DNA of 63,648 nucleotides, counting the filler, from Chiloscyllium plagiosum (taxonomy: Eukaryota): NCBI RefSeq assembly GCF_004010195.1. It is 4 parts of one record of this genome, joined end to end, with 100 filler letters (N's around TTAATTAATTAA, not from the genome) between each part and the next. Parts side by side here need not be neighbours in the genome. Positions count along the whole stretch, not along the records: positions 43,802 to 58,877 come from NC_057714.1; positions 58,978 to 63,648 come from NC_057714.1; 2 more parts are not named here. One strand, written 5' to 3'. Position numbers and translations under genes: made by a program. Below are positions 51,576 to 63,615 of this stretch, piece after piece (positions within the stretch are counted from its first letter, which is position 1; each line of letters opens with the position of its first letter). The notes beneath the pieces were generated by a model. It saw only the letters and a list, made by a program, of their open reading frames with translations, searched no databases and was not told where the DNA came from.

Positions 51576-51757
51576 GAATAAAGTAAGAACTCTGTTAATA
51601 AAAATCTTGTAAATGATTTTGTGACAAATACTTTAGATTGCGTACTTTAGTAACCTTACACTCAATGTCCAATCATACAACACAGAAAATCAGCTTTCCT
51701 AATTGAAAATACTTTCAATTAGGAAAAACAAGGTGTATTTTTAGTGAGGAGAGATAC

Positions 51758-51922
51758 CTGTTCTTTTAGTAAGCTTAATAATGCCATCGCATCCATACTA
51801 TTCAATGATGAAGCTTGTGCACGAAGAGCAACCATTAAAATATCACGTTCTTTATTAAAAACATTTTGAACAGCTTGGAGAAGTTCACGCCGCCAGTCTG
51901 TGATGTTTTCAGGAGATAAAGC
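51758..51922 (-). CDS. AKAP9: AKAP9 internal exon (ALSPENITDWRRELLQAVQNVFNKERDILMVALR...LLKEQ)
   Basis: attcacAG acceptor, GTATCT donor, phases 0/0. Similar to recalled human SDWRGELLLALQQVFLEERSVLLAAFR. Confidence 0.9.
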
Positions 51923-53318
51923 CTGTGAATATATAAATTTTTTTGAATTTATATATTTTTTAGGTAGATACCACATCTGAAACTTATCAATGTAAATCTT
52001 TCAAAAGATTACACTTAGTTCTGCTAACTAAATTAGTGCAAGCAGTTACATACCATTACTTACATTCTTTGGATGAGATAATGGACCGAATCTTTCGGCA
52101 GTCTGAAAGTCAGAGATTCTGTGGGAGTTGCCTGCAAAGTTTAATCTTCTGATGGACAATGTGCCTACCTCTAAGGACTCTCAGGGAAAAGTACCCAAAT
52201 CTGAGTTAGAGTTGAAGACTTTGGGCAGTTCTAACTTACTTACCTGAATGTTTATTTAGAAAATGCAAGTTCAAAAAATTCTAGACTAATGCCTGCATAC
52301 CTATCCAAATTCTATCAGGCTTTCTGACTACTTCCAGACCCCAGTCTCCACCAATGCCTTACTACTTTGTTTCCAAGCCACTCTGGTGCTCCCCACACCC
52401 AACTACCATCTGATTAAGATTACCACCTACACACACCACACATGCACCCCTATCCCAATCAGCACCTAACCTAACAACCCCTCCTAACTCAATTATGCAC
52501 CTCACACCTGCCATTCTTATCCAGGCTATCCTATCCCCTTAGCAACACTCATTCACTAAAACACCAAAAAGATGTTTAAACGTCCCAAAACGTTTTGGTA
52601 TTAGTAAATTAACATATAATAGCATACAGCAACTAGTGTGCATAACTAACCCTAACCACACCACCATCCTGTGCTACAAAGAAGATTGAAGGAAGATCAC
52701 TCTGCATCTCTGAAGACACCAGATTTAGGAGTCCCAGCCAGAAAAGCAAAACTTGATTGCAGCAGTTTCAATTAAGAGTAAAGTGCTAATCTGATGATGA
52801 GTACTGCTTTTTGGACAATTTGGGCCAATTCTATTTTGGCCAATCGGTGGACTTTAAAGAACACATAACACTTCTCAAAGTTGTGAGCAGGGAAGGAGAG
52901 AAAATAATTTAGTGTTGCTTAGCAGAGCCATTAGTTTGCTTTGACCAATCCAAAGAAAATATATAATATGGTGAGAAACACAATAGCATGTTCAAAGCAT
53001 TGTATACATTGTGTTGTTTTCATAAAATAAAAAGTTTATTTCTGAAAAAAAGAAAACAAAACACTTCTCAAAGTCAGGCTATTTGAAAGGGCGTTTTCCT
53101 GTTCAGTCACTATATATATATATACCAAATTATTTAATTGTGGTGCACTGCTTACCTGCAAACTGTGGTGATCATGCAAAAGTGATATGAAGCACTTTGA
53201 AGTGAAAATGTGTACTACAAAAAATGTATAGCTTATTTCTTGTCTAAATTAGATGATTTGTGCGTTTTTTTTATACAGTGAATTTCTCTTTATATCCAAG
53301 TCTCTGTAATATATTTAC

Positions 53319-53633
53319 GGGCGGCACGGTGGCACAGTGGTTAGCACTGCTGCCTCGCAGCGCCAGAGACCCGGGTTTAATTCCCGACTCAGGCGACTGA
53401 CTGTGTGGAGTTTGCACGTTCTCCCCGTGTCTGCGTGGGTTTCCTCCGGGTGCTCCGGTTTCCTCCCACAGTCCAAAGATGTGCAGGTCAGGTGAATTGG
53501 CCATGCTAAATTGCCCGTAGTGTTAGGTATAGGGATAAATGTAGGGGTATGGGTGGGTTGCGCTTCGGCGGGTCGGTGTGGACTTGTTGGGCCGAAGGGC
53601 CTGTTTCCATACTGTAATGTAATCTAATCTAAT
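53319..53633 (+). mobile_element. Full-length, young HE1 V-SINE
   Basis: Intact box A (tggcacagtgg) and box B-like (ggtttaattccc), V-domain, retained CpGs and a (taatc)n tail. Confidence 0.93.
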
Positions 53634-54039
53634 ATGATGTGGATTAGTGGATGATCAGACTAATGCCAACATCTGCTAATGACACTTTCAACCACCTAGA
53701 AGAATATATATCAAACCTGATGATGGCATTTTCCAATTTCCACATTGCAGTGTGACTGAGATTGAAAGCTTTGTGAAATTTACGAGGTTCAAATACATTG
53801 TATGCTACATCATCCTGCAAGATTAGGCTGAAGATTTTATCAAGATAAGACTAAGGTTCTGAAATCATATTGAGAGAGCGTGGGCCACATATTTTATAAC
53901 GTGGATGAAATTCTTCAAGTTACTTTAGTGGCTGTGGTAACCTATTTAAGATTGGTAGAATAGAGGAAGCAATTAGTTTTAGTTTAGTTAATCCATTCAG
54001 AAAGGACTCATGGTTCCCAAATCACTAAGAGCACCAAGA

Positions 54040-54600
54040 GAGATCTTTAACATCATCCTTTTCTTTGGCAGTCCTCAGGGTTGAGGATGACTCCCTTCCA
54101 CTCAATGGAATGGAGAATGGATAGTGGGTTGGGTTATGTGGTGAACAGTCCAATCCTGGAGCTGCAGACTCTGCCACAGGTGGAATAGTTGCTACTTGAC
54201 GAGGCAAACAGGTAGAACTCTCTTCATTCTGCGCGCTCTTTCTGCTACTTGCACATACTCACTGACACTCCAAGTGATCGATGCCTATGTGGATACTTCT
54301 TATATTATATTTTCTAGGGCAAGAAATTCCCATAGATTGATGGAGATGTTGAATTTGCTTAGGAAGGCTTTCAAGGTGTCCTTAAGGAACTTGCTGTCTT
54401 CCCACTAGCAAAACTCAGAGTAGAGCACTTGTTTTGGTGAGTAATTGTGCAGACAATATGGTCCACCATCATAGCTCGTTGTATGTGAGTAATCCCTTAA
54501 TACTGAAGACATTAGCCTGGGAGAGAACACAGGTTGGTATGTCTATCCTGCCAGTGGATTTGCCAGATTTTGTGATAACAACCTTTGAATCCCTGAAGAG
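54040..54600 (-). mobile_element. Decayed RTE-like LINE 3' end
   Basis: ggcagtcctc...gaggatgact tail motif and a C-terminal Cys/His-like remnant. Confidence 0.4.
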
Positions 54601-54962
54601 TTAGGAATGCATTATATAAATCTTAGTTTGTGGGCTTGGATCAGGAAATTAACCATGAAGGTTTTGATGCCAAAACTCTAGATTACAAACGTCTCAAAAC
54701 AAAGCAGATCAGTGACCCCAGTCCCATGTTATATGCATAAATCCTAAGACCTTCAGGAGTGAAAATTCTGATTAGGGATATTTGTGTGCTTGTATGGTAA
54801 ACGCCATAAATAGGCCAATGATCTGCTTCTTCTGTAATTACGTTTGGCTGTTAATGCTTAGCTCTGGATGTTCAATAGATACTTTCCACCATTATTATCC
54901 ATATTTTGCAAACAAATGTGAACAAGTACATTAAAAACAGTTCTTTAATGTTTTGTTCTTAC

Positions 54963-55154
54963 CTTAGTTTCTCCAGTGCCCTGAACATTGGCAAGTACAT
55001 CTTTCAGTGATTGTACCATATTCAAAAGTTCCCATCTTTCCTGAAACCAACTGTCTGTGTGACTTTCCAGAGGTGGTTGTTGCCCTTCAAAGTAGGGGGA
55101 TTTTGAAAGGGTCAATACCTGTATACCCTCTTGATGTACCTCATGAAGTAAAGA
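54963..55154 (-). CDS. AKAP9: AKAP9 internal exon (SLLHEVHQEGIQVLTLSKSPYFEG...WFQERWELLNMVQSLKDVLANVQGTGETK)
   Basis: cttttatAG acceptor, GTAAGA donor, 192 nt, phases 0/0. Matches recalled human GLLRAVHNEGMQVLSLTESPY...WLEER...SLKDLI. Confidence 0.92.
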
Positions 55155-55545
55155 CTATAAAAGATTGAGCAAAGAATGAATTAAACATTTAAGCAGTTTC
55201 CTTACATTGTTTTGGAAGCAGATTACTGATATGAATTTCTTCAATAAGTAGTATATAAGAAACATTTACTTAAAAAAGGAACAATCATCTTTTAGAAAAT
55301 TTTATTTTCTTTAATTAAATCATTTTGATCAGTGTGAGGAATGTTTTTAACAAATAGAACTCTTAACTTGGTTATTTGACACTGCACTCAAGTATTCCAA
55401 ATTAGGTAAGAATAAACGTGCCACTGGATCCCAACAATGGGTTTGGACCTACTCTCCGGAAGAATAATGCCTTCACTATCAATATGGTATTTTCCATTTC
55501 CTCAACAGCTACACTGTGGTGTTAGAAAGAATATTGACACCTTAC

Positions 55546-55697
55546 CTTTATTTTATCAGGAAGATTCTCTGTATCTTCCCTACGTGTTGTATGAACTGTG
55601 TGGGACACGTGGTTCACCCTATTTTCTGCAGACATGTTTCTATATTCCTGTCCATCAGGAGGAATATCAAAAGTTCTTGGGCTCCCAGAGCTACTAT
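55546..55697 (-). CDS. AKAP9: AKAP9 internal exon ((D)SSSGSPRTFDIPPDGQE...DTENLPDKIK)
   Basis: cttgcAG acceptor, GTAAGG donor, phases 1/0. Similar to recalled human DSGSDW...FDIASEG...DSFPKKIK. Confidence 0.85.
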
Positions 55698-57174
55698 CTG
55701 CAAGCAGGGTGAAATATGTACATTCAGTTGAATTAACATACTTGAGTGAAAAACATTCAACTAGCAACATATTTCATGATGCTTGGACATTTTGATAGAA
55801 AATTCAATTATATTTTTGAAAATAAAAATGCGGTTAACAAACAGTAAATTATTATGTAATCCCTCCCTGACAATGCTGCATTCTGTTAAATCAAGGATCC
55901 TTTCACAGCAAGTTCCAAATCCACAAGCTCTACTGCCTGGAAGGACAAGGGCAGAAGATGCATGGGAACAGCAGCATCTCCAAGTTCTCTCCATGCAACA
56001 TGCCATCTGGACTTGGAACAATATCATTAACCCTTCACTGATACTGTGTCAACGTCCTGGAATCCCTTACCAAAAATACAGTAGGTGTACCTACCTTACA
56101 TGGAATTCAGCCATTCCAAGCTGGCTCATCACCATCTTCTTTATAACAATAATTGCTGTACTTGCCAGTAAAGCCCATATTCCATGAACATATTATAAAA
56201 ATGCTCTTCACATTCCCTGTCTGCTTTCCCAACATTCCCTTTCCAATTCCTTAATTCTGATTACATTTCACAAGTATTAAGCTTGCTGTAACCCATTTTG
56301 AGGGGTCTTCGAAGAGACTGCATAAATACAAGTCTAGCTTTTGCCTTTTCCTTTTAAATCTCTCTCCTTTACTGCTTCAGTTCTAATTTCCAGCAATTGG
56401 AGGATGCTTTTATTCACAAAAGCCGAGACTATCTGTTCAATTGCCTCTCCTCCTTCCCCTCATTTCACCTTGCTCAGCAAGCCAAGCTTTTAGTTATTTC
56501 ACAGCTTAACCTTGAATCCACAGTGCTCTGCCATTTACAGCCCTTTATAGTTCATCTTATTCAAAAAATCCAAAACCCCTACTGCCTTGAAACCCATTCC
56601 CACTAAACTGCTAACCATCAGACAGCTCCATGCACATTGACATACTGGATAGCTCTCTTTCCAGGTACTTACCCTTCACATTTTCAACACTGCCATTGCC
56701 CACTTTACTATTGACCAACACGTGTTCCTCTGAAAAGACTTTAAGAGCATGTCATGGCTCACATTCTTATTCTTCTTCCCTGACAATGTTCAATTAAGTT
56801 TCTAACCTCACCATTACACTGAAAGCACCAGGAATATTACAGAGATAGCTGGACCTGTTGTTGCAACTCCTTACAACCAAAAGAAAGAAGATACTTTCAT
56901 CCAATCAGTATTGAGTAAATTAGAATCAAATAGGCAAAAAGGTCCTGTACTAATTCAATGCATAATTTATTCCCAAACTACATTCTTAGTAATAATTTGT
57001 ATTTATATATTACGTATAATGTAACATCACAAGGTAATAAGCCTTTATAGGTACAAATAACAAATCTTATATTTTCAAACTAAACCATATCCTTTCTGAC
57101 CAGTATTGGAGATTGGCTCAAATTTTTAAAAAAAGATAGTTATGGAAAAGTATCGAGTAATAAAATGTTCTTAC

Positions 57175-57235
57175 CACTGACATTGTTATCCCTGAGTTGT
57201 AATGTGATTGATGGTTCTGGTTGACCAAGATAAGC
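57175..57235 (-). CDS. AKAP9: AKAP9 small internal exon (AYLGQPEPSITLQLRDNNVS)
   Basis: ttttcctacactcAG acceptor, GTAAGA donor, 61 nt, phases 0/1, joining the next exon as G+AT = Asp. Protein similarity is weak, so the call rests on position and phase. Confidence 0.72.
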
Positions 57236-58069
57236 CTGAGTGTAGGAAAAGTTGACAAAATGTTTTAGAACATAATTTAACACTAGTAATTAAATATCTG
57301 TCAAAAAATAAAAGCTGTATAAAATACCCAAGGCAACAAAAAAAATTAATATAGTTTATAATAGAAAATAAAAAGGATGCATGCCATAAAAATAGCAATG
57401 GCATCACCACAACATCTACAGTCATTATTATAGCATAAACTTAAATGAAATTCTACTAGAAATAATGTCAAATTATTTTAAGAACTGGTTTGGATCTGTT
57501 CCAAGTTCCAGGGTGACACACTGGAAGAATCATGGTAGATTCACTTTAGCTCTGAAATGTCTCTGTCCAGGATTCCTACTGTGCAAGATGGGTGAGGGCA
57601 AATACTTTTTTGTTGTATTTTTAAAAATACCATTTTCAAAAATGAAGTCCTTTTCTGTACAGTTAAATGAGCCACCACTGCCAGCCCAATAGAACAACAC
57701 CTGCCTGTACTTTATCCTCTTCAAAACAGTACCAAATTTTGTCTCACCATTGCTAATTTGATTTGTGCCCTTGCTTCAGTCCTCATCCATTAGTGTTACC
57801 TTAAATAATTTGCAGCATTGCACCTGATCATATTTCAACAAATATTGGTCAATTCAAAGGGGAAAATTTTGTTGTCATGAGTGGACACACAACCACCAGT
57901 CTGAAAAGAGTGAAGCAAATGAAATTAAGGTGAAATCCCTTTGCTAAGAAGAAAGAGCAAAGCAGGAATGGCTAAAAGGTATACTGTTCACAGATTTTGT
58001 CACTGCAAGGAATTACACAAAAAAATCTTCTGACATTGATGCTACGCAAGTTTTATATATGGAATTTTC

Positions 58070-58877
58070 AGTAAAAGCCAAGAGCAAGGAAATTATATTG
58101 AAGATATACAAGAAATTTATTCAGCCTCAGTTGGAATACTGTGTCTAGTTCTGGGCACTGCACTTTAGGAAGGAAGCTTAGGTATTGGAAAGAGTGCAAA
58201 AGAGATTTACAAGAATAGTTCTATAGATGAGGAATTTCAGTTATGAAAATGGATTGCAGAGCTTGGAACTGTTCCTGACGGCATGCTGAGGGGGGATCAG
58301 AAAGAAGTATTCAAAGTCATGTGGAATCTGGACAGAACAGATTGGGAGAAGATGCTCCCACTTGTCATAGAGTCATAGAGGTGTACAGCATGGAAACAGA
58401 CTCTTCGGTCCAACCCGTCCATGCCGACCAGATATCCCAACCCACCTGCCAGCGCCCGGCCCATATCCCTCCAAACCCTTCCTATTCATATACCCATCCA
58501 AATGCCTCTTAAATGTTACAATTGTACCAGCCTTCACCACATCCTCTGGCAGCTCATTCCATACACGTACCACCCTCTGTGTCAAAAAGTTGCCCCTTAG
58601 GTCTCTTTTAGATCTTTCGCCTCGCATCCTAAACCTATGTCCTCTAGTTCTGGACTCCCCGACCCCAGAGAAAAGACTTTGTCTATTTATCCTATCCATG
58701 CCCCTCATAATTTTGTAAACCTCTATAAGAACATAGAGCATAGAACATAGAACAATACAGCACAGAACAGGCCCTTCGGCCCACGATGTTGTGCCGAACA
58801 TTTGTCCTAGCTTAAGCACCTATCCAATTGCCGCTTAAAGGTCACCAATGATTCTGACTCTGCCACTCCCACAGGCA
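58070..58877. mobile_element. Cluster of CR1 3' ends (+ 58070-58360; - 58365-58730; - 58728-58877)
   Basis: LEYCV.FW and ESRTRGHRF motifs. The last copy is the reverse complement of the family at 44440-44592. Confidence 0.82.
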
Positions 58878-58977
58878 NNNNNNNNNNNNNNNNNNNNNNN
58901 NNNNNNNNNNNNNNNNNNNNNTTAATTAATTAANNNNNNNNNNNNNNNNNNNNNNNNNNNNNNNNNNNNNNNNNNNN
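58878..58977. other. Artificial contig linker
   Basis: 44 N + TTAATTAATTAA + 44 N. Confidence 0.95.
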
Positions 58978-59236
58978 CAGCCATGGCTGTCTAATTCCTC
59001 CCCGGATAATCTTTCTTTTCTTGGGTATGAACCTCTGTACAGTGTCCTCAATTTTACCCACAAACTCCTGCCATTTTTGCTCTACTGTCTTCCCCACTAG
59101 GCTCTGCATCCAGTCTATTTTCGTCAGTTCCTCTCTCATGCCCCCATAATCACCTTTATTTAACTGTAACACCATTACATCCGATTTTGCCTTCTCTCTT
59201 TCAAACATCCGATTTTGCCTTCTCTCTTTCAACATC
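58978..59236 (-). mobile_element. CR1 ORF2 fragment, 5'-truncated, abutting the Gypsy element
   Basis: LNKGDYGGMREEL..IDW...QPWL motif, with a 28-bp tandem duplication at the junction. Confidence 0.8.
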
Positions 59237-60152
59237 TAAGGACTTCAGACAGAAAGAAATCTCACGGTGTGTCATGTGAATACGCTCAAAGGTATTTTGA
59301 CAGGGAAGGAAAACTAAAGGAGAATGTGTTATTGGTAACAACACAGAAGGAAGAATCATGTTCAGAGGTTTCTGATTTGGACATTCCTCAAATTATTTTA
59401 GACAATGAGAAAGTTGTCAAAAATTGGGATAAATTGTTGAGTTACCTTCCAGAGGAAAATTGAAATGACGTGAAAGAGTTAGGGAGATATGTGGAAATAA
59501 GCTGGGAAGTACTAACCTAATTGTGCATGATGTAGATATAGGAGATGCTGTTCTGATTAAGCAACATCCTTATTGGCATAACCTTCTAAAGTTGGCACAG
59601 GTTCAAAAGGAGATGGATCACATGCTCCAAGATGGCATAATTGAAGTGAGTTCCAGTGAATGGAGCTCACCCATAATAATGGTGCCAAAATCAGATTATA
59701 CCCAACGGTTATGTGTGGAATATTGTATAATTACAAGGACTGATGCATATCCAATTCCATGTTCGGATGACTGTGTTGGAAAAGTGGGACAAGCAACTTA
59801 TATTTCTAAGTTGGAATTGCTCAGAGGATACTGGCATGTACCTTTGTCAGAAAGAGTGATGGCAATTTCAGCTTTTGTAGTGCCAAATGGACTGTATCAG
59901 TTTAAAGTTATGCCATCTGGTATGAAAAATGCACCAGCCACCTTTCAGAGACTAACCAATAAGGTCATTGCTGGATTACTCAATTGTGTCAGATACATAG
60001 ATGGCCTGGTGATTTTTAGGTACATACGGGAGGAACATTTGCAATGTTTATCGGATTTGTTCGATCGACTTCAGAATGCAGGCTTGGTGATAAACCTAGC
60101 TAAATGTGAATTTGTCAAAGGCAAAGTTACCTTCCTGGGCCATCTTTTTGGA

Positions 60153-60283
60153 GAAGGCCTGAAGAAGGGCTTATGCCCAAAACGTCGATTCTCCTGTTCC
60201 TTGGATGCTGCCTGACCTGCTGCGCTTTTCCAGCAACACATTTTCAGCTCTGATCTCCAGCATCTGCAGACCTCACTTTCTCC
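60153..60283 (+). mobile_element. Solo 131-bp Penelope family B terminal repeat with hammerhead motif, 13-bp TSD
   Basis: TSD ccatctttttgga at 60140-60152 and 60284-60296. Removing the insert restores Gypsy VTFLGHLFGHNQMAPRDAKTKVI. Confidence 0.9.
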
Positions 60284-60777
60284 CCATCTTTTTGGACACA
60301 ATCAGATGGCCCCACGGGATGCAAAAACAAAGGTCATTGGGGAGTTTCTCATTCCATCAACAAAAAGAACAGTGCAACACTTTCCTGGAATTGAGTAGAC
60401 TTTATCAAAAATTCATACCAAATGTTAGCAGTGTGGCTGCTCCACTTACTGAATTGCTAAAGACAGGCAAGATGTTTCAGTGGACAGCAGACAGTCAGAA
60501 GGCATTTGACAGTCAGAAAGCTGTGTTAACCACTGCCCCAGTATTAGCTACACCTAATTATGCAAAGTCATTCATGGTGGCTATCGATGCAAGTGATGTG
60601 GGCGTCGGTGCTGTGCTCTTGCAGGAAGACGACGAGAAAATAGAAAGACCTATTAGGTATTTCTCCAGGAAATTGAATATTCATCAGCAGAAATATTTGA
60701 CAGTTGAAAAGGAGACTTTGAGCTTAGTGCTGGCATTACAATATTTCAATGTTGATGTTACCAATAATGGATCTGAG

Positions 60778-60972
60778 CTGAAAATGTGTTGCTGGAAAAG
60801 CGCAGCAGGTCAGGCAGCATCCAAGGAACAGGAGAATCGACGTTTCGGGCATAAGCCCTTATGCCTGAAACGTCGATTCTCCTGTTCCTTGGATGCTGCC
60901 TGACCTGCTGTGCTTTTCCAGCAACACATTTTCAGCTCTGATCTCCAGCATCTGCAGTCCTCACTTTCTCCT
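60778..60972. mobile_element. 195-bp palindromic Penelope family B insertion, 16-bp TSD
   Basis: The - and + copies are fused at the hammerhead stem II. TSD caataatggatctgag at 60762-60777 and 60973-60988. Confidence 0.9.
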
Positions 60973-61331
60973 CAATAATGGATCTGAGACAATCATATAC
61001 ACTGACCATAACCCATTGAAATTTATGGAGAAATTTAAAGGCAAAAATGCCTGACTGTTTAGATGGAGCTTGTTGTTACAGCCATTCCATTTGAAATTTG
61101 TGCATGTGGCAGGTCAAGAAAACATGATTGCCAATGCATTGTCAAAGTTTGAATGAGAAATGGAGGCATTCAGTGACAGGAATAAAACAGACTGAAGCAG
61201 AATGTATGTTTGCAGGTTTATAGTTAATGTATTGTATATGTGTGTTGTAAAGTACTAACAATTTAGCATTAAAGGGTTATAAAATGAAGCCAACTTTGGA
61301 TATTGATGGTTCTTTATTTTAAAGGGGGAGG

Positions 61332-61941
61332 TGTGACAATGCTGCTCCTTTAACAAGGTTATGTCATACTTGGTTTGTTTTTCAGAGAGTTTATAAAAGA
61401 CACAGACTCCAAAAAGTCTAAGTTGAAGAGTTTTAGGGCCAATTTGAGCTTAGCTAGCAGACACTGCCTCAGGCAGAAGGGAGTGGCCAGTTCTCCGAGC
61501 TTAGCTGTTCTCTGGTTTGGTTTGGTTTAAGCACAGGAGAGTTGAAAAAGATGCTGGACCCCAAAAGAGCAGATCGAGGCTGATCCTCCTCTCTCTCGGG
61601 CTTCTCTTCTGTAAGACCCTGGGTTTGCTTTTACCTTTTGTGCCAAGGGGTGTATATGGGGATTGTTGCAGATATTTGGAACAGCATCATTAAGTTGGTA
61701 GAATCTGTTGGGTTTTCGGAGAGGTTGAGTTATTCTGTATTCTGTTCTCTTTTGTTTGCGTTTCATTCAGTTGTCTTGTAAATAAATTCTGCTATGTTGA
61801 AAACGCTTGTTTAAAACTAAGTGGTTTGACCAGCTGCATCCCTCCTGGAATATCTGTGTTACACCTTAAAACAACTAGCAAGGTTAGGGTCTGGGCTATC
61901 TTCTTGACATGTTTTGAGGGGGTCTGGCCTCGTCTGTAACA
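61332..61941 (+). repeat. 3' LTR of the Gmr1-like element
   Basis: Directly follows the PPT, has TG...CA termini with a short inverted repeat, and contains AATAAA at about 61781. Confidence 0.8.
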
Positions 61942-61979
61942 CTTTTCAACACCTACTGACCCCCTTTAACATCAGTGAA

Positions 61980-63120
61980 TTCCTCTCTTTCCCTCATTCC
62001 AGAAGAAAATAGCCACAATGGGGCAGAACGGACTTGGATAGCTGGAAGGGTGCCCAACATTCGGCTCCTCACTGCTGAGGAGGGAATCCCGGCTCTTGCA
62101 GAAAAAGACTGGAACTACCGTCGTGGTGATGGCAAGATATCTATGTCCCATTGTAATCACTGCTACCCTCACAGTAGCCATGCTGTCATTCTCAGTCATG
62201 GCACTTCTACTGCCAATAACTAGCAGCCATGTCTTCTTTCCCTTGTGACTTACAGATACCAGTGGGATTTCCACTACACTCAGAAACCAGCTCCACAACC
62301 TCTGAGGATGAGAGTTTGGTGACCTCAGAGCAAGAATTGGCAAGGCTGCCTCTAGAACTTTGGATCAGCTCAGTATTGCACACTTGAGTGGGAATGGTAG
62401 CATCAGAACATTTGGGAGCTCAATCTAGTAAGCACCTCACTGTGACAATCCACAACTGTCCAAGGAAGAAATACCCAGGCCACAGCCTCTCAGAGGTCTG
62501 TCAGAGATTAGACATCAACTCAGCTGCAGGCAGAAGTGGAGCCTGTAGTGGCAGCAACAAGGGAATATGTCTACATGCACAAGGAAAAACAGGAGAGGCA
62601 GACCGATGTGTAGGATACAATGGCCTTCATTGCCCAGAAGCTGCAGCAGTGCAGCAAGTCATGTGACTGTCTGGCTGTCTGTCTGGACAGTTTGAAGCCT
62701 GGCACCCTCAGGGTCTGCTGGAGAGGCCCACATACCAGCACTCCGCTGCCCTAGCCTGTGGTCATCAGGACTGAAGCCATGTGTCGGGACTGTGGGGAGT
62801 CTGGTGAGCACTCACACCGAATCAGGGCGACTGCAGGAGACATCCAGTTGGAGGAGGAACCACAAAGAGAGTGTCCCCTCTCAGAACTCTCCAGAGATGC
62901 CTGTGCCCTTCACCTGCACCCTGCTGCTCCTAACTGACCTGTGGAGGTTCAAGCTTAGGAGGTTCACTTGACTTTGACAAAGACCCTCAAAATATCAGGA
63001 CTGTCCAGATACAACCTCCCTGGAGTCACCCAATTGAACCTGCAGGGTCAATGGGCTCCACTACTGAGCAGACATTATCTACCCCAGCTGTGGAACCAGG
63101 CCCGAATGTAACAAGGAATG
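61980..63120 (+). mobile_element. Harbinger Myb/SANT-protein downstream exon remnants
   Basis: After a pyrimidine tract and AG, HNGAERTWIAGRVPNIRLLTAEE resembles the HN..ER..TGGG.P....LT..E motif that follows Myb/SANT domains in Harbinger ORF2. The right boundary is uncertain. Confidence 0.5.
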
Positions 63121-63615
63121 GGGGAGCTATTTCTAATCAGAAAGCAATCAACAGTCCTGATGTCTCCAAAAATGTAATCAATGTTGGGGACCAAGACCAG
63201 AACAATTCAGTGACAGAACTTCAAAGAACAACAGTGCACAAGGATTGGATCTTGGACGCATTCAGAGATGGACTCTATTGGTGGAATCATTGCTTAATTC
63301 CACCATTAATCGGATAATAGCCAGGTTGAGTTGTGAGGCTTAACTTGCTTACTTGAGGTGCCTTATTTTGGACCTACATGCAATAAGGTTTATATAATTG
63401 TTTCAATATTTGTGAGATTTCTTAATAAGTAGCCAAATTAAAGATAATTTGTGGAGATTTAAACACAACAATTAGTGTGGATGGAAGATTGGTTAACTAA
63501 CTGAAGGCAAAGTGTGAGATAAAGGGGAGTATTTTCAGGATGGTAACCTAGATTAGATTAGAGTGGTGCTGGAAAAGCACAGCAGTTCAGGCAGCATCCG
63601 AGGAGCAGTAAAATC

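Larger units (their letters stand above)
59237..61941 (+). mobile_element. Gmr1-like Gypsy LTR retrotransposon (integrase C-terminus, RT, RNase H, PPT, 3' LTR)
   Basis: RT: IKQHPY, GIIEVSSSEWSSPIIMVPK, LRGYWHVPL, YQFKVMPSGMKNAPATFQRL and YIDG. RNase H: DASDVGVGAVLLQ, TVEKE, TDHNPL and NMIANALS, then a stop. PPT aaagggggagg and LTR 61332-61941 (TGTGAC...GTAACA). Confidence 0.88.

Noticed and set aside
53319..53395. tRNA gene
   Set aside because: It is the tRNA-derived head of an HE1 SINE and continues into the V-domain and LINE-like tail.
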